From positions 102,234-166,233 of the forward strand of contig JBIPSI010000009.1 in the NCBI GenBank assembly GCA_044070495.1: a DNA stretch of 64,000 nt, written 5' to 3'. Under the pieces are notes generated by a model. That model made no database searches. It was not told where the DNA came from and saw nothing but the letters and a program-made list of their open reading frames with translations. Position numbers and translations under genes: made by a program. Origin of the DNA: Spirulina sp. (GTDB lineage Bacteria; Cyanobacteriota; Cyanobacteriia; Phormidesmidales; Phormidesmidaceae). Positions 10,577 through 21,000 of the stretch are shown piece after piece (position 1 is the first letter of the stretch; every line of letters begins with the position of its first letter).

Positions 10577-12931
10577 ATGCTTTCTCGGATTAAATCCTTT
10601 CTCCTCACTGGGGCCATGATTGCCGCTTTGGTGCTTCAAATGGCTGTGCCCCCAGCCTTGGCCCAAGAAACCCTGCCTCGCCCGGAACCCACCTTTAAGG
10701 GCAAGGTTGGTGTTACCTACCAAGACTCTCAACCGGATACCGCCCTGTTTCAGGCCGCAAAGGCTCCCGATGGTGCCCCGAACGTGCTGCTGGTGCTGAT
10801 TGACGATGCGGGGTTTGGTTCCGCCAGTACGTTCGGTGGCCCCATTGCAACGCCCACCTTTGATCGGTTAGCGGCCAACGGATTGCGCTACAACGCCTTC
10901 CACACAACGGCCCTCTGTTCGCCCACCCGCGCCGCGATTTTGACCGGGCGCAACCACCATTCCGTCGGGTCGGGCACGATTCAAGAACTGGCCACGGCCT
11001 ATCCCGGCTATACGGGGCTGATTCCCCAAAGTACGGCCACGATTGGCCAAATTCTCCAGCGCAACGGCTATAGCACCGCCTGGTTTGGCAAAAACCACAA
11101 TGTGCCCGACAACCAAACCACCAGCGTCGGCCCCTTTGATCGCTGGCCTAACGGGCTGGGCTTCGACTATTTCTATGGCTTCATCGGTGGCGAAACCGAC
11201 CAGTGGTATCCCACCCTCTACGAGAACCAAAAACTCGTTGAAACCCTGCCCCTGCCCGAAGACGGCTACAACCTCACCCACGATCTGGCCGACAAAACCA
11301 TCGCCTGGATCAACCAATCGAAAACCACGGCACCGGATCGTCCCTTTTTCGCCTACTTTGCCCCCGGTGCGGCCCATGCCCCCCACCAGCCTCCGGCGGA
11401 ATACGTGGCCAAGTACAAAGGCCAGTTTGACCAGGGCTGGGACAAGGTGCGAGAGGAAACCTTTGAGCGGCAGAAGCAACTGGGGGTGATTCCAGCCAAT
11501 GCGGAACTCACCCCTCGGCCCGAAGCGATGCCCGCCTGGGACAGCTTTAGCCCTGAGGATCAGAAAATTCTGGCCCGCCAGATGGAAACCTACGCCGGGT
11601 TCCTTGATTACACCGACCAGGAAATTGGCCGGGTGGTAGACGCCATTGCCGACCTCGGCGAACTGGACAACACCCTGGTGATCTACATCAACGGCGACAA
11701 CGGGGCCAGCGCCGAGGGCAGCCTGATCGGCACCTGCAACGAAATCCTCAACCTGAACGGCCTCAACCTGACCATGGAGGACAACCGCCGCTGCTACGAC
11801 GTTTGGGGCGGCCCCGAAACCTCCCCCCACTATGCGGTGAGCTGGGCTTGGGCCATGGATAGCCCCTTCCAATGGACGAAGCAGGTGGCCTCCTACCTGG
11901 GCGGCATTCGCAACGGCATGGTGATCTCCTGGCCCGCCAAAATTAAGGAGAAGGGCGGCCTGCGACCCCAGTTTGGCCATGTGATCGACATCGCCCCCAC
12001 CATCCTGGAAGCCACTGGCATCCCGGAGCCGGACATCTACAACGGCATCGCCCAAAAGCCCATGGAAGGCACCAGCCTGGTCTACACCTTTGGCCAGGGT
12101 GCGGCCACAACGCCGGAACGCCACACCCTTCAATACTTTGAGATGCTGGGCCACCGCGCCCTCTACAAAGACGGCATGATGGCCTCCGCCTTCCACAACC
12201 GCCTACCCTGGATTACCGCAGGCACCGTCCCCTTCGACACCGATAAGTGGGAACTGTTCGACCTCACCCAAGACTTCACTCAGGCCAAAGACCTCTCGGC
12301 GGCACAGCCGGAGAAACTGAAGGAGCTTCAGGACTTGTTCCTAGTCGAGGCCGAAAAGTACAACGTGTTCCCCCTGGATGATCGCTTTGCCGAGCGGGCC
12401 GACGTGAACCTCCGTCCCGGCTTCTTCACCGGACGCAAGCACATCGAGTTTGCAGGCAATATGCCCTCCATCCCCGAAGGCAGCGCCCCCAGCACAAAAA
12501 ATGCCTCCCACACCATCGATGCCGATTTGATGATTCCACCCCAAGGCGCAGAAGGGGTGATTTTCTCCGAAGGCGGCCTCACCAGCGGGTTTAGCCTCTA
12601 CGTCAAAGACAACAAACTCACCTACGACTACAACTGGTTTGACCTAGAGCGCACCTCCATCACCGCCGCTACCCCACTACCCACGGGCAAAGTGCATGTG
12701 CGGTTCGACTTCGCCTACGATGGCGGTGGCCCAGGCAAAGGCGGCACGGGTACGCTTTACGTCAACAACCGTAAGGTGGGCCAGGGCAAAATCCCCAAAA
12801 CCGTCGCAGGTCGCTTTGGGGTCGAAGCTATGGACTTCGGTAAGGACTTACAATCCCCCGTCAGCCATGCCTACCAGCCCCCCTTCGCCTTCACTGGAGT
12901 TGTAGAAAAGGTGGTGCTCGACATTAAGTAA
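10577..12931 (+). CDS. secreted Cys-type arylsulfatase
   Basis: signal peptide ending ALA-Q, NVLLVLIDD, LCSPTRAAILTG formylglycine motif, GKNH, DNG. Confidence 0.95.
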   Translation: MLSRIKSFLLTGAMIAALVLQMAVPPALAQETLPRPEPTFKGKVGVTYQDSQPDTALFQAAKAPDGAPNVLLVLIDDAGFGSASTFGGPIATPTFDRLAANGLRYNAFHTTALCSPTRAAILTGRNHHSVGSGTIQELATAYPGYTGLIPQSTATIGQILQRNGYSTAWFGKNHNVPDNQTTSVGPFDRWPNGLGFDYFYGFIGGETDQWYPTLYENQKLVETLPLPEDGYNLTHDLADKTIAWINQSKTTAPDRPFFAYFAPGAAHAPHQPPAEYVAKYKGQFDQGWDKVREETFERQKQLGVIPANAELTPRPEAMPAWDSFSPEDQKILARQMETYAGFLDYTDQEIGRVVDAIADLGELDNTLVIYINGDNGASAEGSLIGTCNEILNLNGLNLTMEDNRRCYDVWGGPETSPHYAVSWAWAMDSPFQWTKQVASYLGGIRNGMVISWPAKIKEKGGLRPQFGHVIDIAPTILEATGIPEPDIYNGIAQKPMEGTSLVYTFGQGAATTPERHTLQYFEMLGHRALYKDGMMASAFHNRLPWITAGTVPFDTDKWELFDLTQDFTQAKDLSAAQPEKLKELQDLFLVEAEKYNVFPLDDRFAERADVNLRPGFFTGRKHIEFAGNMPSIPEGSAPSTKNASHTIDADLMIPPQGAEGVIFSEGGLTSGFSLYVKDNKLTYDYNWFDLERTSITAATPLPTGKVHVRFDFAYDGGGPGKGGTGTLYVNNRKVGQGKIPKTVAGRFGVEAMDFGKDLQSPVSHAYQPPFAFTGVVEKVVLDIK

Positions 12932-12943
12932 CGCCACCCACCA

Positions 12944-12976
12944 AGATCCCAGGGTTCTTGAAGAACCCTGGGATCT
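12944..12976. repeat. perfect palindrome (16-bp arms), dispersed family, likely terminator
   Basis: AGATCCCAGGGTTCTT-G-AAGAACCCTGGGATCT just after the sulfatase stop; same arms at about 55249-55311 and 56500-56566. Confidence 0.85.
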
Positions 12977-13044
12977 GCCACCGCTCAGCCACGTCACCCT
13001 CAAATGACTGGGTTATTATCAGAGAAGTCTACCCATTACTGGCA

Positions 13045-13242
13045 ATGGCGCAAGCAGCAGACGACAGAAACGACTCTCAGCAGGTGATTGCTGAAATTCG
13101 AGAACTGAAGCAGGAAATCGAGCAGTTTAACCAAAAGTTTGACAACTACCAAAAGTCTACTCAATGGGTGGTGCAACTGGCATTTAGCCTGATTGCCGCA
13201 GCAACGGTAACAGTCATTGTTTCAACGGTACTGGGTAAGTAG
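13045..13242 (+). CDS. small coiled-coil protein with C-terminal TM helix
   Basis: EIRELKQEIEQFNQKFDNYQK followed by hydrophobic WVVQLAFSLIAAATVTVIV. Confidence 0.65.
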   Translation: MAQAADDRNDSQQVIAEIRELKQEIEQFNQKFDNYQKSTQWVVQLAFSLIAAATVTVIVSTVLGK

Positions 13243-13291
13243 ATAGTTTTGGTGCCGTGGTGAGAACCGGGGGAATATAGGTGGCTCCGGG

Positions 13292-13441
13292 CTGGCTGAC
13301 GGACACAATGCCGCAAAGCTTTGATCTCTCGTAGGTTGGGTGGCGCGATAGCGCAGAACCCAACAAGCCCGAAGTCCTCGGTGAGCGTTGGGTTTCGCTT
13401 CGCTGCACCCAACCTACTTTGGAGATGTGTCAGGCAATCAG
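13292..13441. mobile_element. MITE with CTGATTG-CTGACA-type ends carrying a REP doublet
   Basis: left end CTGGCTGACGGACACA, right end TGTGTCAGGCAATCAG; REP doublet at 13331-13417 inside. Confidence 0.7.
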
Positions 13442-13533
13442 ACGTTCGCCAGTCCTAGGCGGTTGAGAAGCAGAAAGCTAGGATAAAGACAGAATCCGCG
13501 AGATCGGCGCGTGAGGTTTCCGCCGCTGAGCGT

Positions 13534-13776
13534 ATGCCAACCATCCTCAAAATTGGCCCCTATCGGTTTTATTTCTTCTCCAGAGAAGAAAGTCGGGTTC
13601 ATATTTATATTTCCTGTGCAGATGGAGAAGCAAAATTTTGGCTAGAACCTGACATAGAGTTGGCTACAAACTACAAGCTTTCTAAAACACAGCTTAAGCA
13701 AATTGAGCAACTCATTGAGGAATATTGTGATGACTTTAAAAACGCCTGGAATAACCATTTCAGACCTGGAAGTTAG
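13534..13776 (+). CDS. DUF4160 family protein (putative TA component)
   Basis: MPTI...YRFYFFSREE..HI....GEAKFWL pattern; paired with DUF2442. Confidence 0.85.
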   Translation: MPTILKIGPYRFYFFSREESRVHIYISCADGEAKFWLEPDIELATNYKLSKTQLKQIEQLIEEYCDDFKNAWNNHFRPGS

Positions 13777-14005
13777 CAATATCTCAAAGCATGGCCTGTG
13801 GTTAATCCATGACGATCAAGAATATTTCTTACCCTATGACCAATTCCCCTGGTTTCAGGAGACTCCTGTCAAGCATGTCTTCAATGTAGAAGAACCCCAT
13901 CCTGGCCACCTCTACTGGCCCGATCTCGATGTTGATCTTTCCCTAGACATTATTCAAAATCTAGAACGTTTTCCACTCCAGTTCAATCTCAAACCTTCCT
14001 CATAA
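13730..14005 (+). CDS. DUF2442 family protein (putative TA partner)
   Basis: FLPYDQFPWF...HLYWPDLDVDLS pattern. Confidence 0.85.
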   Translation: MTLKTPGITISDLEVSNISKHGLWLIHDDQEYFLPYDQFPWFQETPVKHVFNVEEPHPGHLYWPDLDVDLSLDIIQNLERFPLQFNLKPSS

Positions 14006-14055
14006 AAGGAACAATTTGTCCTTCCTGAACCATTAGAACGTTTCCTTTAAATCTG

Positions 14056-14265
14056 CCGCTGTGTACTCACAGGGATCGTTCTGGGGCCAGTTCCTTGGCT
14101 TGGCGAATAAACGTGGCGCACTTTAGCCCCGCCATCTCAAAACCCAGATCCACCGCCTCGTCGCGGCCCACCTGTTTGTAGCAGGTGTCCACCTTGGCCC
14201 GTTCGTCGTCGGCAAACAACGGAACACTCACCGCACCGGGGATATGGCCCTGGGCATATTCCCCC
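14056..14265 (-). pseudogene. mnmH: fragment of tRNA 2-selenouridine synthase (rhodanese domain)
   Basis: manual translation GEYAQGHIPGAVSVPLFADDERAKVDTCYKQVGRDEAVDLGFEMAG...ERSL*VHSGR; stop before a degraded HCWR motif; no start or C-terminal domain. Confidence 0.8.
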
Positions 14266-14404
14266 TGAAATCCCTGGGGCCAACGCTGACCTCTGCGTAC
14301 CCTGTATCCTGAAGTTAGGACTCGCTGATCCGACGGCTGATCCGATGGCCGATCAACGAGATCAACTCTGTAACTAGCTCATCTCTATAGAGAGGATTCG
14401 CCCC

Positions 14405-14737
14405 ATGCAGGACAGATCCCCGGATAAAGATACACGTAGCATGATGATCCTAGCCCATGTGCTGGGGTTGTTGACGGGGTTTATTGGCCCGTTGATCATC
14501 TACCTAGTGACCGAAGATCCCGAGGTCAAACGCCACGCCAGAATTGCCCTCAATTGGCAAATTAGCCTGTTGATTTACCTGTTCGTGTCTGTCATCTTGA
14601 TGTTTGTTGTGATTGGGTTTTTCCTCTTTTTCATTGCCTTGCTTCTAGACTTGGTGTTCTGCATCATGGCGGCCCTTAAAGCCAATGACGGCATCGCCTG
14701 GAAGTATCCCCTCACCATTCCGCTGATTAAGGAATAG
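14405..14737 (+). CDS. DUF4870 family small membrane protein
   Basis: LAH.LG...GPLIIYL...V..HA..ALNWQ...A.KANDG..WKYP. Confidence 0.88.
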   Translation: MQDRSPDKDTRSMMILAHVLGLLTGFIGPLIIYLVTEDPEVKRHARIALNWQISLLIYLFVSVILMFVVIGFFLFFIALLLDLVFCIMAALKANDGIAWKYPLTIPLIKE

Positions 14738-14789
14738 AGCGGACACCCTAGCGATTGTGACATGGTCGAGGCGATCCCCTTTCTGATTC

Positions 14790-14919
14790 GAGGGGCCGCG
14801 CCTCACCGATCATGGCGGCGGCGGGATAGCCCTGTTGCCGTAGCTGGTCTAGGCAGGCTTGGGCTTGGTCGGCGGGCACAGCGATACTAGCTCCCCAGCA
14901 GTCTGGGGGGGCAAACAGT
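14790..14919 (-). pseudogene. diverged duplicate of the selD 3' end
   Basis: encodes [30 protein letters not shown] versus [32 protein letters not shown] at 15386-15515. Confidence 0.85.
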
Positions 14920-14945
14920 CTTATCACCCATGGGTTACGCTTCGC

Positions 14946-15153
14946 GTAATTGGTCACAGCAATAAGGAAGGCTTAATGAGAAAGCCTCCCGAGACCCAGA
15001 ATTATCCAGGCAACAGAATAGGGGGCGAGCACCCCGAAGCGGCGATGAGCTCAAAGAGGTGGTCTACGGCGTTTTTACCCTGACGGCGCATGGATTCGAG
15101 AAAGCTGAACATCATCGCGACTAACTGAGCACCCCAATCACTGCGGGCACCCC
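14946..15153 (-). mobile_element. IS66-family transposase C-terminal remnant with probable end
   Basis: manual translation GGARSDWGAQLVAMMFSFLESMRRQGKNAVDHLFELI..PG* (stop 15002-15004); GTAATTGGTCAC at 14946 resembles an IS66 end. Confidence 0.6.
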
Positions 15154-15216
15154 CCAAGACTTTTCGATGAATCACAACGGGCCGTAAGCCTCGCTCCGCA
15201 TCGTTGTTGTCGGTTC

Positions 15217-15359
15217 GTAGGGTGCATTCGCGGCATCACCATCCTTTGCCCCTGCGGCACAAATCTCATTGGCCGCAATGCACCACTACCCCACATCCCA
15301 CCCATTGCGGGTTTTTCTTTATCTGGGCTTTGGTGCATTGCTTCGCAAGTGCACCCTAC
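15217..15359. repeat. REP doublet GTAGGGTGCA...TGCACCCTAC supplying the selD stop codon
   Basis: terminal inverted arms; the selD TAG (15356-15358) lies in the right arm. Confidence 0.7.
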
Positions 15360-17815
15360 AAGCTGAGGGGTGTTTGGGTATTTTCGAGGGGCCGTACCTC
15401 ACCGATGATGGCAGCCTCGGCATAGCCTTGTCGTCGTAGGCTCTCTAGGCAAGCTTGGGCTTGGTCGGCGGGCACAGCGGCCAGCAACCCCCCGGCGGTT
15501 TGGGGGTCAAACAGTAGGGGATAGGTGGGGTAGTGGGCATAGGCTTCGGCATTGGCGATGGCCTGGGCCGCTTGCAAATTCTGGGCGTGTAGTGAACTCA
15601 CAATGCCCTGGGCGAGGGTATCCCTGGCCCCTTCTAGGATGGGCAGGCTGTCTAAATTCAGCGCTACGTTCACCGCTGAGGCATTGACCATTTCTAGCAG
15701 GTGCCCCACTAGGCCAAAACCCGTCACATCGGTGCAGGCGGTGGCCCCATGCTGCCGAAACACCTCCGCAGCGGCGTGGTTGGGGTGAATCATCGCGGCA
15801 ATAGCGGCCTCAATCCAGCGGCCCTTGGCTTTTTTCTGCATATCCGCCGCAAAAAGCGTCCCCGTCCCTAGTGCCTGGGTGAGGATGAGGACATCTCCCG
15901 CCGCCATGCCCCCCTTGCGCAGCAGGCGATCCGGCTCGGCCACGCCATTGCAGGCAAACCCCAGCGTCAGTTGCGGCCCCTCAATCGTATGGCCACCAAC
16001 CAGGGGCGTACCCGTGGGCAGCAGGCCCTTATAGATGCCGGAAAGCAGGTGGTAGAGGATTTCCACCTGAAGGACAGGGGTGGCGTAGGGCAGTTGCACC
16101 ATCGCCAAAACGCTGTGGGGCGTGGCTCCCATGGCATAGAGGTCGCTGAGGCCATGGTTGAGGGCAATTTGGGCAAACACAAAGGGATCGTCTACCAGGG
16201 CCGGGAAGAAATCCACCGTATGCACCATCACCCGACCGGGCGGAACGGCCATCACAGCGGCATCGTCGGGGGAATCCAGACCAATTAGCAGGTCTTGGGG
16301 AGTGAGGTGAGGAAAATCTTGCTGCACCCGATGTAACGCCTGGGAGAGGACGGTGCTGCCAATTTTAGAGCCACAGCCGGAGCAGGGCATGGGGGTGGCG
16401 GGGTGGTGGGGTGGGGTGGTGGTGGGGTGGTGAAAATTTTTAAGTTTGTTCGCGCAGCGTCTCCGGAGGAGAAATTTTGAATTTTGAATTTGAGCGGAGG
16501 CGGGGGCCTCGGTCATCGCCGGAAAATCTGTGAAGAGGGCCATGAATTTGCGGTCGATGTGGTCTTTCCAGCGGCGGCAGAGGGGGGATTCTAGGGCAAA
16601 GGGGCCACGGGCGGCGATGGTTTTGCCGTGGCCGATGTCGATTAAATTAAGGAAGTCTTTCTGGGGACGGAAGGGTTTGAGGGGTTGCCCCTGGAGGAAA
16701 CGGCGCAGGTTTTCGTAGAGGGGCTGGCCCTGACGCACGGCAAACACGCCAGCCTTGGGGCGGGGGTGGTTGACCATAGTGGCCACATCCCCAGCGGCGA
16801 AAATGTTGGGATGGGACAGGGTTTGCAGGGTGTCGCCCACTTGGATAAACCCCCGGCTATCCAGCGAGAGGCCAGAACCCTGGAGCCAGTCGGGGGCGGA
16901 TGCATTGGTGACCCAGAAAACCCGATCACACGCCACGGCTAATCCAGATTGACTATGGATAATTCGCTGCCCAGTGGCTTCATCTAGGGTAACGGCGGTG
17001 ACGGCTTCGTTGAGGTGAACCTGAATCCCCCGCTCTTGACAAATTTGTAAGATTCGTCGCCTTGTCCAGCGGTTGCGGCCTTCCGCCAAGGCAGGGCCAC
17101 GGTGGAAAAGGTGGATCGTGACCTTCTCCAAAGACGAGAGATTGGCCCTCACCCCCCGGCCCCCTCTCCCCAAGGGAGAGGGGGAGTTAGAGGATCCATC
17201 AAAGTCCCTCTCCCCTGGGGAGAGGGATTTAGGGTGAGGGCTTTCTGAGGACTCGGCATGAAAGTTTCCCAACCCTTCCGACAATCTCGCCTCCATATTC
17301 AGGGTCAACTCTACGCCACCTACGCCGCCGCCCACGATGGCGATGGTGCGGGGTTGGTCTGGCTGGGCCTGAATCTCGGCCAAGAATGCCTCCCATTGGC
17401 GCAGCAAATTGGGGACGGGCTTGGCGGCAATGGCGTACTCGGCGGCACCGGGGACGGTGGTGGTTTGGGGGGTGCTTCCGGTGTCGATGGACAGCACATC
17501 AAAGGCGATGGGGGGATGGTTGGCGCAGAGTACCCGCTGATGGGCCAAATCTAGCTCGATGGCCCGATCCATCACCAGGCGACAGTTGGCAAAGCGGGTG
17601 AGGGGGCGCAGGTCGATGTGGGCTTCGTCGAAGCTGTACACCCCGGCCACATGGCTGGGCAACATGCCGGAGTAGGGCGTGTCTACCAGGTCGGTAATTA
17701 ATGTCAGGCGCACGCCGGGGAGGGGATTCATGCCCCATTTCCGCAGTACCAGGGCATGGGTGTGGCCGCCGCCGAGGAGGACGAGGTCGGTGGAGAGGGG
17801 GGTGGGGGGGAGCAT
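15356..17815 (-). CDS. selD: selenide,water dikinase-like protein fused to an N-terminal FAD-dependent oxidoreductase
   Basis: GGGHTH, YSGMLP and FAAGD in the N-terminal part; [34 protein letters not shown] and DPQTAGGLL in the SelD part. Confidence 0.92.
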   Translation of the reverse strand: MLPPTPLSTDLVLLGGGHTHALVLRKWGMNPLPGVRLTLITDLVDTPYSGMLPSHVAGVYSFDEAHIDLRPLTRFANCRLVMDRAIELDLAHQRVLCANHPPIAFDVLSIDTGSTPQTTTVPGAAEYAIAAKPVPNLLRQWEAFLAEIQAQPDQPRTIAIVGGGVGGVELTLNMEARLSEGLGNFHAESSESPHPKSLSPGERDFDGSSNSPSPLGRGGRGVRANLSSLEKVTIHLFHRGPALAEGRNRWTRRRILQICQERGIQVHLNEAVTAVTLDEATGQRIIHSQSGLAVACDRVFWVTNASAPDWLQGSGLSLDSRGFIQVGDTLQTLSHPNIFAAGDVATMVNHPRPKAGVFAVRQGQPLYENLRRFLQGQPLKPFRPQKDFLNLIDIGHGKTIAARGPFALESPLCRRWKDHIDRKFMALFTDFPAMTEAPASAQIQNSKFLLRRRCANKLKNFHHPTTTPPHHPATPMPCSGCGSKIGSTVLSQALHRVQQDFPHLTPQDLLIGLDSPDDAAVMAVPPGRVMVHTVDFFPALVDDPFVFAQIALNHGLSDLYAMGATPHSVLAMVQLPYATPVLQVEILYHLLSGIYKGLLPTGTPLVGGHTIEGPQLTLGFACNGVAEPDRLLRKGGMAAGDVLILTQALGTGTLFAADMQKKAKGRWIEAAIAAMIHPNHAAAEVFRQHGATACTDVTGFGLVGHLLEMVNASAVNVALNLDSLPILEGARDTLAQGIVSSLHAQNLQAAQAIANAEAYAHYPTYPLLFDPQTAGGLLAAVPADQAQACLESLRRQGYAEAAIIGEVRPLENTQTPLSL

Positions 17816-18091
17816 GGGGGGGAGGGGGGAGGGATGGAGGAGGTGGGAAGGTGGGAAGGTTTGGAGGGGGACGGGGGGATTTTAGGAGGGGTGGAGGAGG
17901 GACGGTGGGGGGAGTGGTAGCGGGTGGGGGTGGTTTGGGGATGGGGCTGTTATGATTTGGCGCATAGTTTGAGGATGGCCTTTACTTAGCTTAAAACCCC
18001 ACAAAGGCAACCGTTTCCCAGGCTATTCTCAAACCCATCGCCGTCATACCCATTCCCTCTTAGCCCATGGCTACTCCGCAGGCAACACATC

Positions 18092-21000
18092 ATGGCTGAC
18101 TCGCAAGAGCCACCGATTCGACTCCAGCTTGACTTCTCCGCCGACCAGCCCGGTTTGATGGAGGGGCTAGAGGCGTGGTTGCGGCTGGGGTTGCTGACCG
18201 AGGCGCAGGTGTTGGCCTTGGCCCAGGCTCAGCTTACCTGTGAGGTGCCGCCGTTTCCCAGGGCGGTGATGGGGGCAGAGCTAGCGGGTGCTTCTGCGAC
18301 CGAACTTGTGGCACCGAATACCTCGGATTCAGCGGTACCCGACATCTCGACTTCAGGGGTCACAGATATCCCGACGCCAGGAGTACCAATCCCTTCAGAA
18401 ACAGAGGGCATCTCAGACTTTCTGCCGCCTGATTCTGAAGAAGAGGCGATTTTTCGGACATTACCGCCGCCGCCATCCCCCTCCCGCCAGAGAGGTCAAC
18501 CCCAAAGAGGTCAGCGGCAGGAATCGGCCCCTAGGCGAGCTTCTATCTCTCGACCGTCGGCCCCCGTCTCACCCTCCACCCGACCGCCTCGATCTCCCTC
18601 TGCGACAGGGGTGTGGCTGGATCGCCTGATGAGCGAGCTGAGTGTGGTGTGGCTGCTGGGGTTGGGGGTGTTTTTGGTGGTGCTGTCGTCGGCGGTACTG
18701 GCGGCGACCCAGTGGGCGCGGTTCAATGCCGTGGGGCAGTACCTTGTGCTGTTGACCTATACCCTGGTGTTTTGGGGGGCGGGGTTGATCTGTGGGCAGC
18801 GGCCCAATCTGCAACTAACGGCCAAAACCCTCGGTATGATTGCCCTACTGCTGGTGCCCCTCAACTTTTGGGCGATGGATGCGCTGGGGATATGGAGGAC
18901 CTCCGGTGGGGCGCTGCTGGGGATCGTTGCGGCCCTAGGGCTGTCTGGGGTGACGGTGCAAGCTATGCGGCAGCAGCGGGGATCGGCCCTAGAGCAAGGG
19001 AACGCCCTAGGATTAGCCTATCTGCACATGGGCTGGGGCCTGGGAACAATGCCGATGGTAGCGGTTTATCTCGGTGTGCTGGGCAGCGCCATGGTGACGC
19101 TGTATCGACCCTTGCAAGCCCGCCGTTCCCTGCCCAGAGGATCGGCCTCCTCGGCCTTGGGGCATTCGGCCAGCACCCCCTCCCCTCCCACGGCGGCAGA
19201 CATCCAGCCCCCCTCTCCATTGCACCTGCCCACGGCAACCCTCGGTATTTCCCTTGGCCTCTTGCTATTGCGAGCGCTCACCCTGGTTGACCCCACCCAG
19301 TGGGGGCAGTTTGGCCTTGCCGTTGGCCTCTATGCGGCCACCTGGGTCTGGCTTGGCCAACGTCACCTGGCCCCAAGCAATCAAGCTTTGGCGACCGAGG
19401 CCCAATCTGCCCCCGATTCTCCCGATTCCCCCGATTCCCCGTCCCCCCGTCTTCCCTCACCCCTCACCCGCTGGCCTATCCTGCTCGGTCGCCTGCTGTT
19501 GGTTGGCGCTTGGCTGACAACCATTACCGACTGGTTGGCCCAAGCCTTTGGAATTAGTGCGTTGGGTCTGGGGTTACGCATCCAGGCCTTACAAAAACTT
19601 GGCAAACGGCGGGATTTGCTGACGGCCCATGTCATTGCCATTCAGCTTGGCTTTGTAGGATGGGAACTGCTGCCCGAAGCCCTCCGCCAAGGCAGCACAG
19701 CCCTACTTTTTGCCTGGACGGGGGCAGAATGGTGGCCCACGGCCCTGCTGGGTATTTCCCTGTTTCCCTATGTGATCGGGCTGGTGGCCCTGGGAGACTG
19801 GTACTATCGCCGCCATCAGCCCAAACTGGGACGTTTCAGTGACGAACTGGCCATCATCGACGGCGTTTTGCTGATGCTGGTGAGCGCCACTGTGGGGCGG
19901 GTCTTGGTGATCAATCTCATCGCCTCTACGGTGACGGCCTTTGTGGTGGCCGGGCGCAGAACTCCCCGCCGCCAGGGCTATATTTTGCTGAGCTATGGCC
20001 TCACGGTGGCCACTATCCTCGTCACCATTGGCCAGCGTTGGCCCCAACTTCCCCTAGAGCATTGGGCAGCGGTGGGAGCGACCTTAGCCGTAGCGTCGAT
20101 TCTGTGCAGCAAGGCTCTACCGAATCTCTGGGGCAAAAGCGCCTGGCTCTATGGGTTAGGGCTGTCGGCGTTTACCTACCTGCTGCTGTGGTGGCACCTG
20201 CTAACGATTCCCACCCCCTGGCAAAGCCCCTGGAGCCTGTTGGGGCTGGCCATCCCTACGGCCTTTACGCTCATTCGCCGCCATACCGCTAGCGTGCCCA
20301 CCACCGCTCTGGCCCTGCTGCTCACCCTGGGCCTACCCTGGACAAGGCTAGTCGGTCTTGCCACGGCAATCCTGCTGTCGGCCCTCAACGGCGCGGCCCT
20401 GCGGCAACCCAGCCTCCCCTTTGTAACGGTGGCCTACGGTCTGGGGCTAGTCGTCGCCACGGTGGAATACAGCATTCCCAACTTCCCCCGCCACTGGACA
20501 GACTGGTACGGCGTCACCGCTGCCCTCGCCCTCACTCTCTGGGCTATCCACCGTATCCTCTCCTCAAGCCCCGTACGGGCGCACCGCAGTGCGCCCCAAC
20601 CCCAGCCCCTAATTCCTCTCTATGGTGCCGCCTGCGACCAATGGGGTCACCTCCTCACCCTAGGACTGCTCACGGTGATGACGATCTTTCCCCGGTGGCT
20701 GTTGGTGGCCTGGGAACCCCTCAGAATTCTGCCGCTCATGGCATCAGGAGGACTTTTGCTGGCCCTCGCCCTGCGCTATTGGGGACAGGTGCAACCGCGC
20801 ACGGTTTACTTGGCGGGTTGGGCGGTGCAGCTTTTGGTGGCGGAGGGGATGGCTTGGCGCTGGGGTACGCCGTTGGCCTTGGCGGTGCCCACCTTGGGGT
20901 TGGGGGCGTTGTCCTTAGTTTTGGCGACGGGCCTATCTCGATCTCGACCCCACCTCGTAGCTCCCCTTCAGCAGTTGACCCTCGCCTATGCCGGGTTGGC

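Noticed and set aside
10868..12196. 442-aa antisense ORF opposite the sulfatase (and similar shadow ORFs opposite carB, CDC48 and Pat)
   Set aside because: Typical GC-rich codon-bias shadow of a well-supported gene; no recognisable motifs.
14067..14069. In-frame TGA in the mnmH fragment near selD as possible selenocysteine
   Set aside because: It aligns to an Arg position (CGA to TGA), not the catalytic Cys, and the surrounding gene is truncated and degraded.
17816..17945. G-rich tract upstream of selD and Gly-rich ORF 17701-17955
   Set aside because: Degenerate purine-rich STRR-type low complexity; G-quadruplex potential exists but nothing supports a function.
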